Notes under the pieces: generated by a model
Database searches by the model: none
Seen by the model: the letters and a program-made list of their open reading frames with translations, nothing else
Told to the model about the DNA's origin: nothing
Made by a program: the position numbers and the translations under genes
Origin: an uncultured Holophagales bacterium
Lineage (GTDB): Bacteria > Acidobacteriota > Thermoanaerobaculia > Multivoradales > UBA5704
DNA length: 64,000 nt
NCBI GenBank assembly: GCA_963842525.1
Contig: CAWJGT010000022.1
Coordinates: forward strand, 39,156-103,155
Reading direction: 5' to 3'
In this document: piece by piece, positions 51,936 to 60,264 of the stretch
Layout of the letters: each line of letters begins with the position of its first letter
Position numbering within the stretch: position 1 is the stretch's first letter

Positions 51936-52202
51936 AGAGCAAAGGCCGATTCTTTCGGCCCGGCTCTTTGACAACTGAAGGCTGCGGGAAAAAACCATGC
52001 CAGTCAAAATTGATGCCAGCTCAAAAATGCCATTCTGGCAACGGGGTAACGGCGGAGGCTCCAATTGTTGAAAACACGGGGCTTGGCGTCATGAACGGTG
52101 CCGAAAATTGGCCTCGCGAGGGCCCGCGGCGAAGGCCCAAAAGGGGGGTAACGGCGGAGCATGGGTTAAGTCGCCTGAAATCAGAGGCTTGGAAGGGCTA
52201 CA
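51936..52202 (+). promoter_or_regulatory. CRISPR leader region
   Basis: Non-coding, A-tract-rich, adjacent to the non-degenerate end of the array; hairpin GGCCGA/TCGGCC at its 5' edge. Confidence 0.6.
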
Positions 52203-52784
52203 GTCCGAATTGACCAGAGCAGTACGGTGGGATTGCGACGTCCCTGGGCATCTGGTGCCATCGAGGCCGATCTATGTCGTCCGAATTGACCAGAGCAGTA
52301 CGGTGGGATTGCGACTCTTGAGCCACAACACTTTTATGTCTCCCCAGAACGAGCCCCTGTAGTCCGAATTGACCAGAGCAGTACGGTGGGATTGCGACTC
52401 TTGATGCGGTCGACCTCGAAGCGTCCGGTCGCGGGCACCTCGTCCGAATTGACCAGAGCAGTACGGTGGGATTGCGACAAATCTAGCTACCTTCCCAGCG
52501 TCAATAGCATATGAGTAAGTCCGAATTGACCAGAGCAGTACGGTGGGATTGCGACTTCTTGGCAGCTTCCACGCCGTGGGTGTTGACGTACTTAGGTCCG
52601 AATTGACCAGAGCAGTACGGTGGGATTGCGACCGATAGCTTATGGGGTCAACACGAGCAATAAACCTAAAAAATGTCCGAATTGACCAGAGCAGTACGGT
52701 GGGATTGCGACGGCGGTGTCGATGTCGACGTAGGCGCCCCAGTCACTGTCCGAATTGACCAGAGCAGTACGGTGGGACTGCGAC
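52203..52784 (+). CRISPR. CRISPR array: 8 repeats of 37 bp, 7 spacers of 36-46 bp; no cas genes in window
   Basis: GTCCGAATTGACCAGAGCAGTACGGTGGGATTGCGAC at 52203, 52279, 52362, 52442, 52519, 52596, 52675, 52748 (last has one mismatch). Confidence 0.99.
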
Positions 52785-52837
52785 TTTCTGTCCGCGCCAG
52801 TTACACGTATTCGTTGAGTGGGGCCCGATGCGATGAT

Positions 52838-53072
52838 CCGGCCCGACGGGCCGGCAGAGCAAAGCCCAGGGCTGAGGCCGAAGGCCGATGCCCTGGGTCA
52901 ACACCCCCGCAGCCCTGCGGCCTGACAGGCCGCGAGAGTCGCTCCCGGAGCTGTTGCCAGTCCAGCGAGGATCTCGCGGTCCTTCAGACCGCAGGGTTGT
53001 GGGGCCTGTTGACCCAGGGCATCGGCCTTCGGCCTCAGCCCCGGGCTGGGTTCTGCCGGCCCGTTGGGCCGG
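52838..53072. repeat. Family-2 REP/REPIN-like inverted doublet
   Basis: CCGGCCCGACGGGCCGG..GGGCTGAGGCCGAAGGCCGATGCCCTGGGTCAACA and its inverted copy. Confidence 0.88.
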
Positions 53073-53118
53073 GGTCCCGCAAGCACGACCGCCGGGAGCT
53101 CGCAGCCTTCCTGCCCCC

Positions 53119-53149
53119 AGATCCTTCGCTGCGCTCAGGATGACACGAC
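53119..53149. repeat. Family-3 REP-like end
   Basis: AGATCCTTCGCTGCGCTCAGGATGACACGAC; inverted copy at 55566-55592. Confidence 0.8.
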
Positions 53150-53159
53150 GGGCGATCGA

Positions 53160-54449
53160 TCAGGGAGGTGCGGCGGCTGCCGGGGCGAGCCGCAGCTCGA
53201 AGCCTTCGAGGTCGCTGTCGGCCACGTGCACGGGCTCGGGCGGGGAAGCCCCGAAGCCTCTGGCACTGGCGGAGAGCCGGTAGTCCCCAGCCCGAACCGG
53301 AAGGACGAAGGTCCCGTCGACGCGGCTGACGCCGCGTACGAGGCCCTCGGGATCGTCGGCCACCAGGAAGACGTCCGCGCCGGCCACCGGCGCTCCGGTC
53401 GGATCGGTCACCCGCCCGGCGACCTGGGATGTGCGCTCGAACCGCAGGTCCAGGCTCTGCAAGCCGGGTCGGACCGCCATGCGGATCCAGGCTTTCCGTC
53501 TCCGTGACTCCGCCAGGACGGTATGGGGTCCGGCCTCCAGCCCCTCCAGCCGGTACCGCCCGTCTCCGTCGGCCGATGTGCTTGACTGTCGGGACAAAGT
53601 CGGTGTGGAACGAGATGCCGTCGATGCTGTTCGGGACCTCCGCCTTGCGGGCCGTCACCGCGGCCCCGGGGACGGGATTCCCCTGCTCGTCGAGCACGCG
53701 GCCTTCGAGCACCGCACCCTTGTCCAGGGCGATTTCGATCGGCCCGGCCTCGGCCCTCTGTGAGAGCTGGATGCCTTGGACGAGCCGCGCCCTGTAGCCC
53801 TGCGCCCAGACCCTGATGGTCACGGAGCCTGGCCTGACGACCGGCATCCGGAAGCTCCCGTCCTGCCTGGATGCCACCACCGAGGTCCAGGCTTCGGCGG
53901 CGTCCTCGTCCAGGCGGGCCCGGATGTCCGCTCCGGAGATCGGCTCTCCTGCCGGCCCGACCACCCGGCCTGTGAGGACTGGAGCCTCCTCCAGCACGAT
54001 CCGCAGCGGCTCGCGGGTCGGGGCCTCCACGTCCAAGGCTCTGCCCGGGAGGTATCCCTCCAGACGGATATGGAGGTCGTACCGGTCCCCCGGGCGGAGC
54101 CCTGTGAGGCGGAAGCGGCCGTCGGGGCCGGCTACTCCTCCCTCAGGGTAGAAGACTTTCCACGAGTCTCCTCCGGCGGAGCCGAGGACGAGAACATCGG
54201 GCTGGCGCGGGCTCCCGGCAGCGGCTCCCCGCGCGCATCCACCACCCGTCCCTCGATCCAGGAGTCGGCGAGAGCCGGATCGTCCTTTCCTGCGAGCCGC
54301 AGACGGGCCGTCTCTCCGGGCGACCGGGCCTGGAAGAGCGACACCCGGGCCGGGCCGCATTGCGAGGGGAGCTCGACCCGGCCTGAGATCCAGACGGGCT
54401 CGGCGAGGGCCGGGGTGGCGAGGGTGAGGAGGAGGAGAAACGACCTCAC
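53160..54449 (-). CDS. Carboxypeptidase-regulatory-like repeat protein, two frameshifts
   Basis: Repeated GRVVD..GEPLPGA, GRVLDEQGNPVPGA and GRVTDPTGAPVAGA units across three frames; GTG start at the repeat edge. Confidence 0.75.
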
Positions 54450-54511
54450 CCCCTGTCCCCCTCTCCCATCGCCCCACCCCCGACCGGGAGAGGGGGGACG
54501 CATGCGGAGCG
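54443..54511. repeat. Family-1 repeat, left arm, near-identical to the pbpC copy
   Basis: CCTCACCCCCTGTCCCCCTCTCCCATCGCCCC..CGACCGGGAGAGGGGGGACGCATGCGGAGCG. Confidence 0.88.
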
Positions 54512-54563
54512 TTCAAGGCAAGGTCGAGGTAATCTTGTGGGGGGCTCGCGTGTCTGAAGAGGC

Positions 54564-55400
54564 ATGAGACCTCCAAGCTTCCAAACCGACGCTGCTCAGA
54601 CTCGCTCGCGCCTCCACTGGCGGCTCGGGCTGGCCGCTCTGGTTTTTCTTCTTCCATGGACCGCCTCGGCGCTCGACCGGGCGCGCTTCACCGCCGCACC
54701 CGAGCCCGGCCGCGCGGAGGCGTTCGCCGTGCGCCTGGACGACGACATGCTGATGTCCGGCCGCCTGGGAGACCTGGCGCGGATCCAGAGCCTGCGCAAC
54801 TCGCTCGACGGAGATTTCGTCTGGATGCGCCATGAGGGCCGCGAGTACGTCATTCAAAACCCGGACCTGCTGGGGCAGATCGACGAGCTGTGGTCGACAG
54901 GGAACGAGCCCCTGGTCCGCGAGGAGCAGGAGCTGGCCGAGGGCCGCGGCGCGCTCCTCGAGCAAGAAAAGAAAGACCTCGCGCGGCGCCGGGAGGAGAT
55001 CCGCCAGGAGCAAGACCGGGTCTCCAGCGAGGAGAGCCGCCTTTCCGACGAGCACAGCGCGCTGTTCTGGCGTAAGTTCGATCTGGATATACGGTTGCCG
55101 TTTACCGAGAGTGAAGAGGTCGCCTGCATGCTGCGGCGGGAGATCGACGACATCGACGCACAGCTCCGGGACGTCGAAACCCGCCAGGACAGGAAAGAAA
55201 AAGAAGCCGACGAGCTCGACCGCCGGATGGACGAGCTCTACCTGGAAGAGAAGGAGCTCAAGCACGAGGAAAACGCGATCGAAATGGTGCAGCGCCAGAT
55301 CGATGCGCGGCGCGACGATCGCCTCCGCACGCTCGATGCAACGCTGCTCCGCCTGCTCGAGCAGGCGATCGCCGACGGCACCGTTCAACCGTTGAAGTAA
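54564..55400 (+). CDS. Secreted coiled-coil hypothetical protein
   Basis: Signal peptide, FVWMRHEGREYVIQNP, long E/K/R heptads. Confidence 0.7.
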   Translation: MRPPSFQTDAAQTRSRLHWRLGLAALVFLLPWTASALDRARFTAAPEPGRAEAFAVRLDDDMLMSGRLGDLARIQSLRNSLDGDFVWMRHEGREYVIQNPDLLGQIDELWSTGNEPLVREEQELAEGRGALLEQEKKDLARRREEIRQEQDRVSSEESRLSDEHSALFWRKFDLDIRLPFTESEEVACMLRREIDDIDAQLRDVETRQDRKEKEADELDRRMDELYLEEKELKHEENAIEMVQRQIDARRDDRLRTLDATLLRLLEQAIADGTVQPLK

Positions 55401-55565
55401 GGGGCATGTGACGCGGCGTGTCATAGCCCAGCGTCAGCTCGCGCTGGGCGCTTCAGGGCGGTAGGCTCTCGTGCTCGATCAGGGCTCAATGCTTGTCTTA
55501 CTGTAGAGGGTGGCGCGAAAGTCTTTACCAGCGAACACGATCGACCGGCTGGTGATCCGTGGCCT

Positions 55566-55592
55566 GTCGTGTCATCCTGAGCGCAGGGATCT
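55566..55592. repeat. Family-3 REP-like end
   Basis: GTCGTGTCATCCTGAGCGCAGGGATCT, abutting the kinase stop. Confidence 0.75.
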
Positions 55593-57264
55593 ACATGCCG
55601 GATTCGGACGAGACGGGGGAGACGCGGCTGGCGCCGTAATCCGCGATTCCGGCGAGCAGAGCTTCGAGAACCTGGAAGTCCACCGGCTTGACCAGATGAT
55701 GATCGAAACCCGCCTCCCGCGAACGGCGGCGGTCGTCCTCCTGCCCCCATCCCGTCAAGGCAATCAGCACCGTATCCTCCAGCCCAGGCTGCGCCCGCAC
55801 CCGGCGGGCGACTTCGTAGCCGTCCATCCCCGGCAGGCCGATGTCGAGCAGAACCACCGCCGGATGCCAGGCGCCGATCGCGGCGAGCGCGGACGGGCCG
55901 TCGCCGGCGACCTGGACTTCGTTCCCGCGGATTTCCAGGAGCGTGCCGAGGCTCTCGGCTGCGTCCCGGTTGTCATCCACGATCAGGATACGGCGCGCGG
56001 CCGGCGCGGCGGTGTGCAAGCGGTCCTCCCGCCGTCCTTCCTCCGAGCTGGGACGGACCTCCGGAGCGAGCGGCAGGCGGACGACGAGCTCGCTGCCCTG
56101 CCCGGGGCCGTCGCTATCGGCGTGAATCGTGCCGCCGTGCATCTGGACCAGGCTGCGGGCCAGGGTCAGCCCGATCCCCAGCCCTCCCTGGGCGCGGCCG
56201 AGCGAGCGGTCGGCCTGCGCGAACATCTCGAAGATGCGGGGCAACATCTCCGCGGGGATGCCGATGCCGCTGTCCCGCACGCGGAGGACGGCCTCGATCC
56301 CGTCGCGCTCGGCAGTGAGCCAGATCCGGCCGCCGGGGTCGGTGTACTTGGCGGCGTTGTTGAGGAGGTTTGCCACCACCTGGGCCAGACGGACGGGATC
56401 GGCGTCGAGGACCAGCGGCTCGGGGGACAGATTGACCGTCAGCTCATGGCACGACGCCTCGATCAGCGGAGAGCTGGTCTCGATCGCATTCTGCACGACG
56501 GCCGCGAGGTCGATCCTCTCCTTGCGGAGATCGATCTTGCCGCGGGTGATCCGGGAGACCTCCAGCAGGTCGTCGACGAGATGCACCATGTGCCGGACCT
56601 GGCGCTCCATCATCTCTTGGACCCGCTCGCTGCTGCCGGTCATCCGCAGGATCTGCAGGGCGTTGCTGAGCGGCGCCAGGGGATTGCGCAGCTCGTGGGC
56701 CAGCATCGCCAGGAATTCGTCCTTGCGACGGTCGGCCTCCGCCAACTGCTCAACCCTCCGGTTGCGCTCCTCCTCCACCCTCCTGCGCTGGAGCACGATC
56801 GCCGCCTGGTTGGCCGCGATGCCGAGCAGCAGGCGGTCGGTCTCGCCCGGGAACTCCGGCCGCCGCGAGCCCACGGCCAGGACTCCGCAATCTCCCGCGA
56901 TCCCGATCGGGACGATGACGGTCTGCAGCGGCCCGTCCGCCGAGGGATCGGGGATGGCGACGAGGTGGCCGGAATGTCCGGGCTCCAGCCAGGGTGCCAG
57001 AGCACTGCGGATGTCTTGTGCCTGTTCGAGGGTGGCCTGCCGGGGGCCGGTGTAGGCGACCTCGAACGGAGCCGTTTCGGGCGAGCCCGCCACCCGGATG
57101 AAGATCAGGTCCAGGTGCAGGGTGCGCTGGAGGACGTCGGCCAGGTGCTCGGCGATGCCGTGCGCGTCAAAGGAGCTCCAGACCGCGGGCAGCGCCGAGA
57201 GGGCCACCAGGTCGCGGATGCAGCGGCGGAGCTCCTGGACCTCATCCGCTTTCGCCGGCTGCAT
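55591..57264 (-). CDS. Hybrid sensor histidine kinase/response regulator (GAF-HisKA-HATPase-REC)
   Basis: LAHELRNPL, NLLNNAAKYT, GGLGIGL, ILIVDDN..LDIGLPGMDG..KP. Confidence 0.96.
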   Translation of the reverse strand: MQPAKADEVQELRRCIRDLVALSALPAVWSSFDAHGIAEHLADVLQRTLHLDLIFIRVAGSPETAPFEVAYTGPRQATLEQAQDIRSALAPWLEPGHSGHLVAIPDPSADGPLQTVIVPIGIAGDCGVLAVGSRRPEFPGETDRLLLGIAANQAAIVLQRRRVEEERNRRVEQLAEADRRKDEFLAMLAHELRNPLAPLSNALQILRMTGSSERVQEMMERQVRHMVHLVDDLLEVSRITRGKIDLRKERIDLAAVVQNAIETSSPLIEASCHELTVNLSPEPLVLDADPVRLAQVVANLLNNAAKYTDPGGRIWLTAERDGIEAVLRVRDSGIGIPAEMLPRIFEMFAQADRSLGRAQGGLGIGLTLARSLVQMHGGTIHADSDGPGQGSELVVRLPLAPEVRPSSEEGRREDRLHTAAPAARRILIVDDNRDAAESLGTLLEIRGNEVQVAGDGPSALAAIGAWHPAVVLLDIGLPGMDGYEVARRVRAQPGLEDTVLIALTGWGQEDDRRRSREAGFDHHLVKPVDFQVLEALLAGIADYGASRVSPVSSESGM

Positions 57265-57943
57265 CGGGCGCGACCCTCATCCCTTCCGACCTGGGAGGCG
57301 TACTGGCAGGAGAGCCCGGGCCCTCCCGCTCGCGGAGCTCGCGCAGGAACTCGTCCGGCGGGACGAAGAAGGGGTTCTCCTGCAGGATGCCTCCCAGGAT
57401 GACCATGGGATGGGTGCGGAGGATGTCGAGCACGATCCCGGCGCCAAACTTGGCGCAGTCGTACGTTCAGACCACGGCATCGTCATACTTGGGGAGGATG
57501 TAATTGAGCCGGGCCTCGTACGCCACGATATCGTTCACTCCCGGCCGGTCCTCCAGCGCCCACTCCATGTTAGCCACCAGGCGGGTCAGGGGGAATCCCT
57601 GGGACTTGCCGCCGTTCAGGACCACCTCGATCAGCGCGAGCATGGCATCCTGGTCGAAGTGCCCCTCCCGGAGATACGCCTCCTCCCACGGGAGGACCTC
57701 CAACTGGCCCGCGTCCTGAGCCGTTGTGACGTCGATGCCAGCCTGTGCCAGGTGCCGCAGGTGGTCCGCGCGGCGCCTCCCGTCGACGATATGGAAGGCC
57801 TTGTCCCCCACCTCGAAGCCCTCCTGGATGAAGGGCAGGAGGACGCGGTACTCCTCGTCCTTGCTGTTGAAAAAGGCGCAAACGTGCCGCGAGCGGTCGA
57901 GGACGGACCCCGCCAAACGCACAGCTTCTCTCGCATGGACCAT
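57242..57943 (-). CDS. MEDS-domain sensor protein with in-frame TGA (candidate selenocysteine) at 57467-57469
   Basis: RHVCAFF, RLVANMEWAL, YEARLN, DAVV*TYDCAKFG continuing in the same frame to LRTHPMVI..ENPFFVPPDEFL. Confidence 0.88.
57431..57463 (-). promoter_or_regulatory. Putative bacterial SECIS hairpin
   Basis: mRNA UGA-ACG-UACGA-CU-GCGCCA-AGUU-UGGCGC-CGGGA-UCGUG; loop 16 nt from UGA with G at loop position 2. Confidence 0.6.
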
Positions 57944-58126
57944 AAGCTCCTCCTTCAGATGCAAGCTGATTCCGGCTCCAGAGAACCCTTCGCGCTTCCT
58001 TCTTGCCCAGTATAGTCTCAAGGGCCTCTGGGCTCATCGCGACGGCGAACGGGTCTGGGACCTCGCCGAATCGCTGCGGGCTCCGGCCGGTCCTGAGACC
58101 CTTCAGGGCCGCTCTCGATGCGTAAC

Positions 58127-58630
58127 GGACGGTCCTCGACGCGGTCCGGACGGTCCTCGATGGATTTCGAACCATCCGGAACGCCCAGCGGACGTTCCTC
58201 AACGCGTTGAGAACCGTCCGATATGCATAAAGGACGGTGCGAAAGGCGAAAAGGACGATTCGCAACGCGTTCCGGATCGTCCGTTGCGCCTTCAGAACCG
58301 TCCGCAAGGCATTCAGGACCGTCCGAAACACATATCGAACGATCCTCGATGCGTTCAGGACCATCCGGAACGCCTATCGGACGGTCCTCAAGGGGCACAG
58401 GACCGTCCGCAACGCGAAGAGGATGGTGCGGAACGCATTCAGAACCATCCGCTGCGCACTCGGAACCGTCCTCAACGCGTTCAGAACCGTCCGGAACGCC
58501 TAACAGATGACCCTCGATGGGTTCAGAACCGTCCGCTTCGCGTGCAGAGCGCCCCGCATCGCAGGAAAGACCGTCCGCTCCCTGTGGAGAGCCGCTCGGA
58601 CTGCGAGGAGAACTGTCCGCTTCCGGGCCG
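58127..58630. repeat. 21-bp-period degenerate tandem array (~24 units)
   Basis: Consensus approx. GRACSRTCCGNAACGCNTTCA; reads RTV(R/L)NAF on both strands. Confidence 0.9.
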
Positions 58631-58673
58631 GGAATCCGTTGCAGCAAGTTGCCATCTTTGGTAGCTTGGACGC

Positions 58674-59315
58674 ATGAAGTTCGAGCGGCTGCTGGAGACC
58701 GTAGGGGACGAGCCGGTCTTCGAGCCTGGGCTCCTCCTGGCAGGCGACGTCGATCCTGCCGATGTCCGCCGCCAACTCTCGCGCTGGGTCGAGGCCGGCC
58801 GCCTCTACCAGCTCCGCCGCGGCCTCTACGCCCTGGCGCCGCCGTACCAGAAGGTCAAGCCCCATCCGTTCCTGGTCGCCAACCGCCTCGTCCGGGGCTC
58901 CTACGTAAGCCTCCAGTCGGCCCTGGCCCATTGCGGCCTGATTCCGGAGTACGTCCCGGTGACCACCAGCGTCACCACCTCTCGTCCGGCCCGCTGGGAT
59001 ACGCCCCTGGGGATCTACGACTTCCGGCACATCCAGAGCGAGCACCTGCGGGGTTACAGGCGCACGGACCTGGGAGGCGAACAGGAGGCGTTCCTGGCCA
59101 CGCCCGAGAAGGCTCTCCTGGACCTGATCTATCTGGAGCCGGGCGCTGATGCGCCCGCCTACCTGAACGAGCTTCGTCTGCAGCACATGGAGGTTCTGGA
59201 CCTGGACGAGCTCCGAAGACAGGCGGAAGCTTTCGGGAAACCCAAGATCCTGCGCGCCGCTGAGCACGTGGCCCGGTTGGCGGAGACCGAAGCCATGGAG
59301 TACGAGGCTCTATGA
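58674..59315 (+). CDS. abiEi: Type IV TA antitoxin AbiEi-like
   Basis: QLSRWV..LRRGLY, SYVSLQSAL, ATPEKALLD. Confidence 0.9.
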   Translation: MKFERLLETVGDEPVFEPGLLLAGDVDPADVRRQLSRWVEAGRLYQLRRGLYALAPPYQKVKPHPFLVANRLVRGSYVSLQSALAHCGLIPEYVPVTTSVTTSRPARWDTPLGIYDFRHIQSEHLRGYRRTDLGGEQEAFLATPEKALLDLIYLEPGADAPAYLNELRLQHMEVLDLDELRRQAEAFGKPKILRAAEHVARLAETEAMEYEAL

Positions 59316-60118
59316 AAGAGGATCTGCGGAATCTGGTCCGCGGGGCTAAGGGTGCGACGGACGCCCGGAACCGCATCCGCGAGTACCTCCAGGCTCGGAT
59401 TCTCGGGTCGCTCCAGCGCTCCGGCGCCATGATCCCCCTGGCGTTTCAGGGGGGCACGGCCCTGCGCTTTCTCTACTCGATCCGAAGGTACTCGGAAGAC
59501 CTCGACTTCGCTCTCGAGCGGCCGGACCGCGGATACGACTTCCGGAGCTACCTCAAGAATATCCGCAGCGATCTTCAGCAGGAGGGTTACGAAATCGAGC
59601 TCAAGGCCAACGATGCCAGGACCATCCACAGCGCCTTCATCGGCTTCACCGGTCTTCTGTTCGAGGTGGGCGTCTCACCTCACCGAAACGAAAAGCTCTC
59701 CGTCAAGCTGGAGGTCGACACCCGCCCTCCGGCCGGAGCGGTTCTGGAGACCACCATTATCCGCAGGCATCTGACGTTGCAGCTTCAGCACCACGACCGG
59801 GCTTCTCTTTTAGCCGGAAAGCTTCACGCGATCCTCCAGCGTACCTATCCAAAGGGCAGGGACATCTACGACCTGATCTGGTATCTGAGCGACCCCACCT
59901 GGCCCGCGCCCAATCTCCTCCTGCTCAACAATGCCCTGGAGCAGACCGGCTGGCCCGGTCCATCGCTGACCGAGCGGACCTGGCATTCAACAGTGGCCGA
60001 ACGAGTTCAGCTCCTCGGCTGGAAGCGGATTGAGGTAGACGTTCAGCCGTTCCTCGAATCCTCCCATGAGCTAAGTCTGCTGACCCGAGAGAACATCGTC
60101 CGGCTGCTGAGTGATTGA
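59312..60118 (+). CDS. abiEii: AbiEii/AbiGii nucleotidyltransferase toxin
   Basis: FQGGTALR..RYSEDLDF, KLEVD, GKLHA, KGRDIYDL; ATGA overlap. Confidence 0.94.
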   Translation: MKEDLRNLVRGAKGATDARNRIREYLQARILGSLQRSGAMIPLAFQGGTALRFLYSIRRYSEDLDFALERPDRGYDFRSYLKNIRSDLQQEGYEIELKANDARTIHSAFIGFTGLLFEVGVSPHRNEKLSVKLEVDTRPPAGAVLETTIIRRHLTLQLQHHDRASLLAGKLHAILQRTYPKGRDIYDLIWYLSDPTWPAPNLLLLNNALEQTGWPGPSLTERTWHSTVAERVQLLGWKRIEVDVQPFLESSHELSLLTRENIVRLLSD

Positions 60119-60264
60119 CCGCCGTTTGAGCTCGGCCATAGATGTCTCGGTCAAGCGTAGCTCTCACACAGCGGATCCTTTCTGACGACCCAAAGATACT
60201 ATAGATGGCACCAATGCGCATCTGCAAGGGTGTTGAAATCCAGCGTTCTGTGCTCTATATTTAG

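Noticed and set aside
52240-52250. Spacer 1 start GTCCCTGGGCA matches the tRNA-Phe 3' end (self-target or att site)
   Set aside because: Only 11 bp and the rest of the spacer does not match; chance
57570-58664. Protein-coding ORFs over the 21-bp array
   Set aside because: Most frames are open because of the repeat symmetry; none has a convincing RBS/start
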